Program-made: the position numbers and the translations under genes
The notes under the pieces: generated by a model
Databases searched by the model: none
What the model was told of the DNA's origin: nothing
What the model saw: the letters and a program-made list of their open reading frames with translations, nothing else
In this document: positions 28,420-39,857 of the stretch, piece by piece
How the letters are laid out: the number at the start of each line of letters is the position of its first letter
Numbering within the stretch: the first letter of the stretch is position 1
Source: Eledone cirrhosa
Lineage: Eukaryota
Assembly (NCBI GenBank): GCA_964016885.1
Contig: OZ024743.1
Span: forward strand, 242,110,001 to 242,174,000
Direction of reading: 5' to 3'
DNA length: 64,000 nt

Positions 28420-31400
28420 TGAGTCTCAATCATTGATGTTATATAACTGGAAAGTTTGTTGAAATGAATATCAAGCCACTACCTGCAGCCTCAGATATTC
28501 AGGACGTATCAGAGGGTTCTTGCTGTTCCCAGCAAGCATGCCTTTTGAAGTGTTCCAAAAAGCGGAGCGCGACCAATTTTCTTTAACCATTCTTGGAAAC
28601 TCTTTGAGATAGTACCTAGTGCACCTATGACAATCGGGACCACTTTGACTTCATGGCAGTTCAAAATCCTTTTTACCTCCCACTTTAAGTCCTGGTATTG
28701 GTTAATTTTCTCCCTCTCCTTCTCTTGCACTCTCGTGTCGAATGGGCAGGCTACATCCACAATCAACCACGATCTTTTTTCCTTGTTCAAAACCACCAGG
28801 TCAGGTCTATTGTGTTCCAGTTCCTTGTCCGTCTGTATCCTAAAATCCCACAGCACCTTCACCTGATCGTTTTCTATCACTGACTCTGGCTTATGCTCAT
28901 ATCACTTCTCAGAATGTGGTAAATTCTTTACTTTGCATAGGTGCCTGTGGATCACCTTGCCCATCACATCATGTCTCCAGCCTTTATAGTGAGTCTGGGC
29001 TAGGTGTTTACACTCGGATACAATGTGAGCCACAGTCTCCTCTCTCTCTCCACAGATCCTGCACAGTGGGCTAGCCTCCTCCTTGTAAATATGGTGCTTC
29101 ACCCATTTCGTTTTGAGGGCCTTCTCTTGCGCAGCCATTAGCATTGCTTCTGTAGCCTTTTTAAGGTCTCCTCTTTTCAACCAGTTCCATGTCTGTGGAT
29201 CTCTAAATTCAGTTTTCTCAAACAAGGTACTATGAAGGGTTTTTCATGAAGGCTGCTCTTCCTCCTCGTTGTTATTTCCTCCTTGGACTTCCCCTGGTCT
29301 ATTGTCCTCTCCTTCAGTACAATTCTGAGCATTGGCTCCCTACTATCAGTCATGTATTTGCGTAGGTAGTTTTTATCCATCTGAACACAGTCCTATATGC
29401 TGATAAGACCTCTTCCACCTTCAGATCTCCTTAAGTAGAGTCTATCGACATCACTCCTCTTGTGGAACATGTTGTAGATAGTTAATAGCTTCCTAGTCTT
29501 CCTATCCAATTCTTTTTGTTCACCAACATTCCATCTCAGAATTCCCGCACTCTACCTAATAATAGACACAGCTTGGGAATTTACTGAACTTATGGCATTC
29601 CTACTGTTCAGATGTAATTTTAATACGCTCCTTACTCTCCGAATGTATTCAGATCTTATCAATTCCTTCATTTTTTTGTTCTTGATGTCATCTGCCTCCA
29701 GAACACCTAAATATTTGTATCCTTCTTCAGTGTCAATTTCCTTTATCATCTCACCTGTTGGTACCTAGATTCCGTTGCTCTGCTCAATTTACTCTTGATA
29801 CAAGTTGGGATACAAGTAGGGAAAGCTCTCCATTTCCCAACTTGTATCCTGCTCTTACTTTTCGCAATATAATGGTCCGGGGGATCAGGGCAAGGACAAA
29901 CAACAGAGGGGACAAACTATCTCCCTGGAAGATACCTCTCTTGAACTTCACGCCTCCCAAGGATTCTCCACCCGATGTTAACTCTGTTTTCCAGGACTTC
30001 ATACTTTTGCTCAACAACTGTCTGATGTTATCTGCCACCTTGAAGATCTCTAGGCTTTTGGTTATCCAAGAATGAGGTACCATGTTGAATGCCTTTTTGT
30101 TGTCTATCCATCCCATGGCAAGACCAGTGTGTCTCCGCTTGCAATTCCACTTTACCATCTCATCAATAAGTAACTGGTCCTTTGTACCACGGGACTTCTT
30201 TCAGCATCCTTTCTGTTCGTCCGGTAACAAGTTGTTTATGTGGAGGTGATGGTAAATTTCCTCAGGCACAATGCTTGTTAACAGTTTCCACATTACGGAC
30301 AGACATGTGATAGGTCTATAGTTGGTAACATCATTACCCTTGATTCGGTCTTTCATTACCAGAACTTTGGTACCTTTTGTCAACTACTCTGGTACTCCAC
30401 CTGAGATCAAACAGTCATTGAACATTGTTGTCAGTTTCGAGGTGGAGGGATGTTATATTTTTAATCCAATACCCCTGCACACCATCTGGGCCTGGTGATT
30501 TCCAGTTGGTTAGTTTTCTGGCCTGCTCTTTAAGAGTTTCAACTGTGATACTTAAATCAGTTTGTTGGTGTGCCTGTTCACTAATCTCCTCTTGTACTGT
30601 CTCAATCCACACTGCCTGGTCATTATGTTTAACATCCTGCTCCCATATTCCTCTCCAGAATGTTTTAGTTTGTTCCGCCTCAGGGATCAAGTTGTTGCCT
30701 CTTTCTTTCCCTTCAAGCTGTACAAACAGCATCTTCTGGTTGTTGTCAAACATGCGGTTCTGTCTATATTGACTGACTCTGCTCTCGTATCGCCTAATTT
30801 TTGCACTCTTTGCTACAATGCGTTGCGTCAGTTCCTCTATGATAATATTTAGCTTTTTCCTCCTAGTTTTGTACTTTATTTCCAGTCTATTTTTAGTGTC
30901 TATGTTTTGTAGTGTCCCATTCAGTAAGGACTCAAGCTTTCCAATGTCATTTCTCATTTCCCTGATTTGACCATTCAGTCGTTTCTTCCACCAAGGTTCT
31001 GATCTTTCTTGTTTGTTGTTTCCTCTCGCTTTTATGCCAAGTAATTCCCTCACCGCATTTGTTGTTGCTTTGAGGATATTGTTGCACTGGTGAAGGTTCC
31101 TCGCCTCAAGGTATGGGATGACTTTGTTTACCTTAGCTGTTGTTTCTTTTAACTTTTTCCTGTCTACAAATCTTAGGTTCATAGGTTTCCCACTATCATT
31201 GTTCATTTCATCTACCACTAAGTTTAGGATATCAGCCAAATCTTGTCCTAGCCCGTCAGCATTCATCTCCTCAATGGCCGTATCTTTGTTCCAGGTATTA
31301 TTTATCGCTTATCCACCCATTAGTTCTTATTACCCGAGCCTGCCCGGCCAATTTTTGTTCATCTAATTTAAATAGACCAATCTCGTTCCAGATGTTATGC

Positions 31401-33388
31401 ATCCGTTTCCTATAGCCTTTTTCCTTGGGGTTACTCTTCAGGTAACATTGCATAACAGTTCTATTCAATTCTTTCGACCAGTTGGTTTTGGTCCCTTTCC
31501 TTCTTCTTCTTCCTCCAACACCAGCAGTATTTGGATGACAGCCAGGTCCCTGCTGCTGGGCCAGGGAGCACCTGCTGGGTGGGAGTCTGTCACATGACGT
31601 TCCAGTCTCCACTTCACCGTTATTCGAACTGTTTAGGTTCGACATTTAAACACTCATATCAAGGATTGGTGAATGTATGGTTACATAACCACCTGTGATT
31701 TCATCACGCCCAGTGATTTGATCATCCCCGGTGATTTTAGCGTGGCACTATCAGGCTGTAGATGAACATAAATAAATAAACAAGCAAATAGGTAAAAACT
31801 TAAAAAATTAAACATAAGTTTCATTGTAATGTTTGAATGTCTGACTTAGTTTTTTGTTTGTTTGTTTGTTTTTTTATTTTATTTTTTTCCTCTCTTTACG
31901 GTTTTCGTTGCTGCTGTGCTGTTTTGATTTTAGCTTCATGGGAAGTAGGGCTGTTGCGTTCAAAACTTTTGAAATTTGTTTCGACTTGTTGCTTATCATT
32001 ATTATTATTTGGCGATGGATTGGCAGTATCGGTAGAGGGTCGGACGCCATGCTTTGACGCATAGAGTTACGGTCTTTGCCATTCTGAGTTCAAATCCCGC
32101 CGAGGTTAACTTTGCCTTTCATCCTTACGGGGTCGATAAAATAAAGTACCAGTAATGCACTGGGTAATTGCTGGCCTTGTGCCAAAAGTAGAAACAATTA
32201 TTATTATTTGGCAGTATCGGTGGAGGGTCGGACATGCTTTCCAGCATAGTTACGTCCCTTTACGATCTGAGTTCAAATCCGGCCGAGGTTAACTTTGCCT
32301 TTCATCCTTAAGGGGTCGATAAAATAAAGTACCAGTAATGCATTGGGTAATTGCTGGCCTTGTGCCAAAAGTAGAAACAATTATTATTATTTGGCAGTAT
32401 CGGTGGAGGGTCGGACATGCTTTCCAGCATAGTTACGTCCCTTTACGATCTGAGTTCAAATCCGGTCGAGGTTAACTTTGCCTTTCATCCTTACGGGGTC
32501 GATAAAATAAAATACCAGTAATGTACTGGGTAATTGCTGGCCTTGTGCCTAAAATAGAAACAATTATTATTATTATCAGCCGAGGTTAAACTTGCCCTCC
32601 ATCCCCACGCGGTCGATAAAACAAAGCACCAGCAATGCACTGGGAAATTGCTGGCGTTGTGCCAAAAGTAGCAACAATTATTATTATTATAATATTATAC
32701 GGGGTCGATAAAACAAAGCATCAGCAATGCACTGGGCAATTGCTAGCCCTGCGCCAAAAAAAATAGAAACAATTATTATTATTATATTATAGTTTAGATT
32801 TGACACCGTTTAAACTAAACACTTTGAGAGAGTCTTAGAGGTACAGCAGCAATAATGTTTTTGGTGTTGTTATTGCTTCTAACCGGGTCAGCAAATTAGT
32901 CTATTTATATCTGTTGATACCTTCCTCACTTAGTGGGACTACTACTATCCCTCTGTCTTAACAGGAGGTAGTGGGAGAGAATAGCGGCGATAACGATAAT
33001 GATGCAGTGGTCGTGGTGGTGATGTGATAGTAGTACTGTAGCCATGGTGTTGAAGTAGCCGTTGGTTTGGCTAGATTTTTTGTGTGTGGTAGTGGTGATG
33101 GTGGCGGCGGCGGCGGTGGTGGTGTTGGTGGTGAAATTATTTGTCTGTTGTTTGTAGCCATGTAGCCATTTTTCTTTTTTGACAATAACATTTCTGATCC
33201 AAAATTAAATATTAAATATTGGGGCCCTATGCCATAATGTAATGCGTTGTCACTTCCTGAGAGTAAGAAACTGTAATCTTATATTCCATTTGTAATAAGA
33301 ATTATTCTATCACAATTGTTTTAAATACGTAAAAATCAAAAACTTACGGGCGCGATTTCATAACACTCTATCGACCACGTGCGTATCT
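28420..33388 (-). mobile_element. R4/Dong-type RT-RLE LINE copy 1 (decayed; SINE array inside its 5' region)
   Basis: Fragmented ORF 31645->28490 ([37 protein letters not shown]); FMDD segment deleted; 32870-33388 homologous to 43500-44125; ATT runs at both ends. Confidence 0.92.
32011..32780 (+). mobile_element. Head-to-tail array of about 5 family-1 SINEs (3 full, 2 5'-truncated)
   Basis: Repeated central domain and agaaacaattattatt ends. Confidence 0.92.
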
Positions 33389-33394
33389 TATTAT

Positions 33395-33570
33395 TGACAG
33401 TATCGGTAGAGGGTCGGACGCCATGCTTTCCAGCATAGTTACGTCCCTTTACGATCTGAGTTCAAATCCCGCCGAGGTTGACTTTGCCTTTCATCCTTAC
33501 GGGGTCGATAAAATAAGGTACCAGTAATGCACAGGATAATTGCTGGTATTGTACCTAAAGTAGAAACAAT
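33395..33570 (+). mobile_element. Family-1 SINE
   Basis: Near-identical to 28220-28404. Confidence 0.92.
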
Positions 33571-33594
33571 TATTATTATTATTATTACTATTAT

Positions 33595-33737
33595 TTTTTT
33601 TTTGTTGTTCTATTATTACATCGTCTGTTTTGGGGGGTTTTTTTCACGCAGAAATGCCCTTTTGTACCGTCCAGTATTGTCCTGTACTGTCCTTAATGTC
33701 TACTTTGTGTAAACCCTTGTGGTTAATAAAGAAAGCA
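33595..33737 (+). mobile_element. Severely 5'-truncated Tx1-type copy (3' UTR only)
   Basis: Matches 39650-39781 (cacgcagaaatgcc...aaacccttgtggttaataaagaaa). Confidence 0.88.
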
Positions 33738-33971
33738 TTATTATTATTATTATTATTGAATGCTATGGTTGACGGAGGCTCGGCTCTGTAAGGTATTGTA
33801 AATTTTGACCGCTATAACAATTGGAAATTGTTTAAAACTTTAACCAAATTGTAGACAAAAACACCCTCCTCCTCGTGAGAGGGGTCTTTCTGCCCGTTAT
33901 TTGGCGCTTCGGGGTTAAATAACCGCTTATTGCGGTTTTGTGCCCAATATTTATTTTAAACAAAAAAAAAC

Positions 33972-36074
33972 ATGGCTACGAAAAAGAGTTTTCATAGATC
34001 ACTCCCACTCATTCCGTCTTCTTCTTTCTCAATCGTCACTACAGCAGAGAGAAGATTGTCTCTCTCCCTCCCTTCTCTAAATGTGTCTCTCTCCCTCCCT
34101 TCTCTTTCGCAAGCGATGCCAGTAAAGAAAAATCACGTGCAAAGCGTGCAAAATATCTCCACGACGACGACCACAACGACGAAAAAGGTGTGCGGTAAAT
34201 ACGAAAACCCATTTCATTCGTCTGACGTCAGGAATAATAGCAGTAGCAGCCGTAATAACAACAGCAACAGTGACAATGAAAACAACAGTAGCAGCCTCAA
34301 CAGCAACAGCAGCAGCATAAACAACAACAGCATTAGCAGCAGCAACAACAACAACCACAGCAACAGTGGCGGCGGCAGTAGTCGTAGTACCTGCAGCAAC
34401 AACAAAAGTAACAGCAGCTCTGACGACAACAACGACAACAACAGCAGCAAAGAAAAACCAATCTCGTTTGCAGGTATCGCGAAGAACCTGGAAACAATCC
34501 TCATAACAAATGAGGAATTAGAGGAAGCGAAGAAGATGGTGACAAAAACTGGACACAGAGCAATCTGCAAGGCAGCCGAAAAATCTTTCGAAACCCAGCA
34601 GCACTGTACGGTCACGTACCGTACAGTAAGTACAAAATCCCGTAGGGTGGAAAGAGCCACAGAGGCTCAAATACAAAAAGCCTTGGGGTCTGTGTGGCAG
34701 CGGAAAACGCACATCACCCGAGGCAAGAAATATGCCACCGTAGACATGCTTTTTGCCACACCCCAGGAGGCAAAGGCTCAATCCGTAGTGACCCTAAGGA
34801 GCGAGGAAATGGTGTTGGTGCCCTCCTACTGCGGGCAAAAAATTGTGAGGGTCAAACTGACCCACGTCCCCCCCGGGATGGCCCCTTCTTGGCTGGCCGC
34901 GTCTGTCCTCGTCGGAATCGAGGACAAAACAACTGTACTGCAAGTACAGAAAAAAGTAAGAGAAGATTGGGTCGGCACCCCCATTGAGATGTTAATCCAA
35001 ACCAACCAGGAGTGCATCGAAGCTATCCCGGATGTGATAGACTTCGATAACGGCACTCAACTGCCCATAAGTGTTGAGGGAAAACGCCCGAAATGCTTTC
35101 GCTGTGGATCGAAGACTCACCTCAGGGCCTTCTGCAACGAGAAGACCCTGAGAAAGGAGAAAACCCCCCTCCTTCCGAAACCGGCTCCACGGCTACCAGC
35201 AACAGGACAAGCGGCAACCAGGAACGATAGGTCCGTGGCACCCATACCCACGCCACGGAAATCAAAAACAGCAGCAGCAGTGGAAATATTAACAACAACA
35301 ACAGCAATACCAAATGCAGCTGCAACAGAGACTCCAGTGCAAACATCACCAACAACAACAAGTGAAAGAGTGGAGCTGGTACCCCTCCCCGACCTCACAG
35401 AATCAGACATGGAGTGTGAGGTGGGAGAGAGATGGCAAAAGGTCGTAAGAAGGCACAAACGCAGAAGCAGCGCATCGTCGCCTTTGAAAAGGGAGCAAAG
35501 AAATGAGAAAAGGGTAAAGTCTACTGCAAAGAGACCCATAGCAGCAACACCACCAACACCATCACCACCCACACTAGCACCACCATCACCACCGGCGAAA
35601 ACCCCACCGCCAACAACACCTTCAACACCACCACCACAAGCACCAACATCGCAAACACAACAACAAAACACACAAACCCAGCAACAACGACAAGAAAATA
35701 GCAGAACCACACCCCACCCCCAGAAAAACAAATGCACGGCAATAAATACACACAACAAGAAACTAATGACTTACATAATTGAACACACAGACATTTCACA
35801 ACACGACTACATAATACCAGCACCAATCAAAACGCCAACTAACATAAGACTGCTAAAAATAGCACAGAAACAATACACAAACATTAAAACGAAATTCCCC
35901 AACGCAGTTGGTGATTTCAGGGACCTAGGAGGAACTATCAATCGAAGAGTATATTCAGACATTCTCTTAGAAGAGCCAACGACCAGCCGAAGGGACGATT
36001 CAACGGTCCCTTCACCAGACGATCAAGTGAAAAGGGATGTAAAAACCATCCCTCCTCTACGAAAAGTACGGTAA
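33972..36074 (+). CDS. LINE ORF1 protein (gag-like, CCHC zinc knuckle)
   Basis: 700-aa open frame with CFRCGSKTHLRAFC, N/S-rich and P/T/Q-rich segments, just upstream of ORF2. Confidence 0.85.
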   Translation: MATKKSFHRSLPLIPSSSFSIVTTAERRLSLSLPSLNVSLSLPSLSQAMPVKKNHVQSVQNISTTTTTTTKKVCGKYENPFHSSDVRNNSSSSRNNNSNSDNENNSSSLNSNSSSINNNSISSSNNNNHSNSGGGSSRSTCSNNKSNSSSDDNNDNNSSKEKPISFAGIAKNLETILITNEELEEAKKMVTKTGHRAICKAAEKSFETQQHCTVTYRTVSTKSRRVERATEAQIQKALGSVWQRKTHITRGKKYATVDMLFATPQEAKAQSVVTLRSEEMVLVPSYCGQKIVRVKLTHVPPGMAPSWLAASVLVGIEDKTTVLQVQKKVREDWVGTPIEMLIQTNQECIEAIPDVIDFDNGTQLPISVEGKRPKCFRCGSKTHLRAFCNEKTLRKEKTPLLPKPAPRLPATGQAATRNDRSVAPIPTPRKSKTAAAVEILTTTTAIPNAAATETPVQTSPTTTSERVELVPLPDLTESDMECEVGERWQKVVRRHKRRSSASSPLKREQRNEKRVKSTAKRPIAATPPTPSPPTLAPPSPPAKTPPPTTPSTPPPQAPTSQTQQQNTQTQQQRQENSRTTPHPQKNKCTAINTHNKKLMTYIIEHTDISQHDYIIPAPIKTPTNIRLLKIAQKQYTNIKTKFPNAVGDFRDLGGTINRRVYSDILLEEPTTSRRDDSTVPSPDDQVKRDVKTIPPLRKVR

Positions 36075-36109
36075 GTGGTCTTTCCAATCTTTTCCACTCT
36101 ATTTTAAAC

Positions 36110-39100
36110 ATGACCTCACTCAGAATAGGCAGCATAAATGCGCGTGGCTTGGGGTCGTCATGGAAGCAGGGTCACCTGCTCAACGACCTCAGGTCACTAA
36201 ACATAGATGTAGTGGCCATCAGCAAGACCAGAATCTCTGAAGCACGGGCCTTCGCACCGATCTTCGGCGGCTACGATGTGTAGGCATCTTCCAGCCGTCC
36301 TGGATCGGGGGGAGGAGTTGCTGTGCTTTTTCGGAGAGGTTTGGATCTCGCCATACGGGCCATCTTCCTGGACCCAGAGGGTAAGTTGGTGGTGCTGGAC
36401 GTGACCAGCGGAGACGGGCAACCTTTCAGGCTAGTGGCCGTCTATGCCCCGACAGGAGCAGGGCGGCCTGATTTCTTCCGGCGTCTGGAGACCTTTCTTG
36501 GAACGTCCCGCTCTTTAGTGTTAGTGGGCGACTGGAACGGGATCTTAGATGCACGCTGGGACTGTGTGGGATTAGCGGATAGGGGTGGAGGGTGCAAGAG
36601 CCTCACCAACCTGCTCAGGCGTTTTGAACTGTCTGACAGGTACCGATTGGATTTCCCGAATGTGCCAATGTGGACTTGGACAAATCGCATAGGGTCATCC
36701 AGATCATATCTAGATAGAGTATTTTGTAGGGAAATAGATAGGTCTAGCATAGGCTGTCCACAATTCAAGATAGTCAGCTACACGGACCACAAATTCGTGA
36801 TCTGTGTGCTTGACTTAGATAGGCTTCATAGACGAGGACCCAGCTACTGGAAGCTAAACGCGTCCTTACCAGTGCGCAAGGCCTACAGAGACCAGATTAG
36901 CGAACTTGTTAAGCGGGCGTTGACGGCGGCCATCGTCAACAACAAGTGGTGGTTTGCTCTGAAAAGAGCGATTAGAATAGAATCAATTAGGTTTAGTAAG
37001 GCTTTAGCAATAGAGAAAAATAGAGCAGAGGGAGAACTAGTTAGAAAATTAGACGAGGCGCTTAGCAAAGGCATTGCGACCGACGTGCTTGCGGCGAAAT
37101 TGGCCCTTGACCAATTCTTCAATGCAAAGCATGAAGGCTGCGTTGTCAGAGCTAGGGTGCGTGCTCTCAGACACGAGGGGTCGAAAGCCGTTCGATGGGC
37201 CCAAGTGGCGGAGGCACGTCGTGGCAACAAAGCCACGATCCGGTCTTTGGTGGACCACGACGGGCGCATGCTACTCGATCCCGGGAAAATGTGTGAAGCT
37301 TTTCAGCGACACTTCGCTCAGCTGTTCGGGGGCAGTGGTGGGCCGGGTCGAGGGATGGACTTTAGTGTCTACCTCGACGGACTGCCGCGGCTCTCGGCCA
37401 CTGAGGCGGAGTGTTGCGAAAAGCCGATAACAGCCGCTGAAGTAAGGGAGGCAATGACTGGCTGCACAATGGGTAAATCGCCTGGTTTGGATGGTCTGCC
37501 CTATGAACTTTACGTACAGATGCCAGACTTGTTCGGAGGCCTCTTGGCGGACGTCTACTGCAACTGGCAACAGAACGGGAAAATTCCCAGTTCCGTGAGC
37601 CGAGGAGCGGTGGCACTGCTGAGAAAGGATCCGAACAAGGGGGATAACATAGATAATTTCCGGCCCATAACTCTGCTAAACACAGAGTTCAAGATTTTGG
37701 CCAAGGTGCTAACTAAGAGGTTGGCGCTTGTCGTTGGTGGTCTGGTGGGAGAGGCGCAGACATGCGCCATTCCCGACAGATCCATCCACGACAACCTCCA
37801 CCTCATGCGATACATCGTAGAGAGGGTAGCTAGGGCACCTGGCACGGGTGGGTCCTTGATCAATTTAGATCAGTCGAAAGCTTTCGATAGGGTCGACCAT
37901 CGTTACCTAGCGGCAGTCCTGAGGGCGGCTGGCTTTGGGCCCGTCTTCAGAGGCTGTGTCGCTGCCATGCACAGCGACATCTGCTCTGTGGTGAGAGTGA
38001 ACGGTCACCTGTCGGAACCGTTCAACATCATGTGCTCGGTCCGCCAAGGATGTTCCCTCTCGTCCCTCTTGTACGTATTGACTCTCAAGCCATTACTGCA
38101 CAAACTGGAGACGTTGAGGGGCGTCCCGCGCGAACTAGGATGCGGAAGATCCGTGTCAGCATATGCGGACGATGTCACCGTAGTGGTGTCGAATGCCAAA
38201 CACATCGAGGCGATCGGCACTACACTAAGAGAATACGAAGCGGTGACAGGAGCAATGATCAACCAGGAAAAGTCAGTGGGCCTGCAGCTCGGCACCTGGA
38301 GAGGCATGTCCATGCCGTCCAACAGCGTCGTCGGACGCTGGACAGACGGACCGGTTAAATTGCTAGGAGTCTGGTTCGGTTCGGACCTCCAGACGGACAA
38401 AAACTGGGACGAGGTGACGAGCAGGGTAGCTTCTCTCACCCAGAAATTGGCGGAGTAGAAGCTATCCCAGAAAGGTCGAGCGGAGGTGGCTAACGCGTAC
38501 ATCGCGTCTGTCATCTGCTACCGCCTGACCGTCGTACCTTGTCCTAAGCCTCGCCTGACTGCGCTGGAGCGTTTGCTCTTTCGCTTTTTGTGGAAGGGAC
38601 GCGCTCCGATGGTCAGGCGGTCCATCTGTTGTCAACACCCGCTACGTGGAGGGCTGGGCATGCCGTGGCTGATGATGCGCAGGCACGCGCTCAGGCTACG
38701 ACATCTCCACCTCTTCCTCGACGGTGATCAGGTGTGGTCGCCGTTTGCTAGACACGTATTTCCCCAGCTCGTTTCCTTGACGGAGCTGCAGTCCTGGGTC
38801 AAGCGAAGACCGAGAGGGAGCGCCTGGAGACTGGAATGTCTTCAGGCGCTCACAGCCCTCGACCAATCAGGCAATGTGATCGGTGGAAACTCCACCTCGG
38901 CGTTCTATAGAGGATTAGTGGAGGGGAAGAGCGACGACGTACTTGGGGAAACTCTAGGCGTCGACGAAAATCAACTAGCCAATCTCTTCGGAAGGACTTT
39001 CGGGCCAGGGCCTATGGACAACTTCCAGAAATCTCTGGCCTGGCAGTGCTACCGAGGAGCCTTGCCAGTTCGGGATATACTCTACAGGCATGGAGGTGCC

Positions 39101-39529
39101 GTCAGCCGGGCATGTCCGAGATGCGCGCAGGGCAACGAAACCGTCCTGCACGCACTCGTCCAGTGTCCGAAAATTGCTGACTTGTGGGTTTATGTCGAAC
39201 ACCTGCTGTCGCGTGTAGGACGGATCCGGCTATCATCTGAGTCCATCGTGAGGATTTCCCCGCCCTCCTCCTTTAGCCGGGAAGGGCAGGCAGTTTTTAT
39301 CTGTCTGGTGGCCATGGCGAAAGAGATAGTATGGTCGACACGTTTGAAAGGGCTGAAGACGAGCACTTACCTCTTCGGTGATGCCCTGATTGACTTTTTC
39401 AAATTTCATTTGAAAAGGAAAATCAGAGTAGAGAGGGAAGTGCTCTCTTCCCAGCATTTTGTTGAAAGATGGGTGAGAGAAGCAAGAATGGCCCAAGTGA
39501 ATGGGCCTACTCTGAGTATATATCTGTAA
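36110..39529 (+). pseudogene. LINE ORF2 (APE endonuclease, reverse transcriptase, C-terminal zinc finger) with two in-frame TAG stops
   Basis: ATG 36110 (MTSLRIGSINARGL), GDWN, YLDR, TDH, KSPGLDG, RPITLLN, KAFDRV, QGCSLS, YADD, CPRC..H...C; stops at 36281 and 38456, all in one frame. Confidence 0.93.
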
Positions 39530-39779
39530 ATTAAAGGTGGAAAACATGGGAGAGGGCACTTGCCTCGGTAGTCAGGGTCACTGTGGCCTTTTACTGGGCT
39601 TTCTCCACAAATGTCCCTCCGAAGTCTCCCCCCTATTGGGGAATTTTTCATTGTTATTTTTTGTTACATCCTCTGTTTTTGTTTTTTACACGCAGAAATG
39701 CCAATTTTGTACCGTACTGTATTGTCCTGCACTGTCCTTAATGTCTACTTTATGTAAACCCTTGTGGTTAATAAAGAAA

Positions 39780-39856
<77 letters not shown>

Positions 39857-39857
<1 letters not shown>

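Larger units (their letters stand above)
33758..39781 (+). mobile_element. Near full-length Tx1/L1-clade non-LTR retrotransposon
   Basis: 5' UTR, ORF1, APE-RT ORF2 and 3' UTR, bounded by (ATT)n on both sides. Confidence 0.93.
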
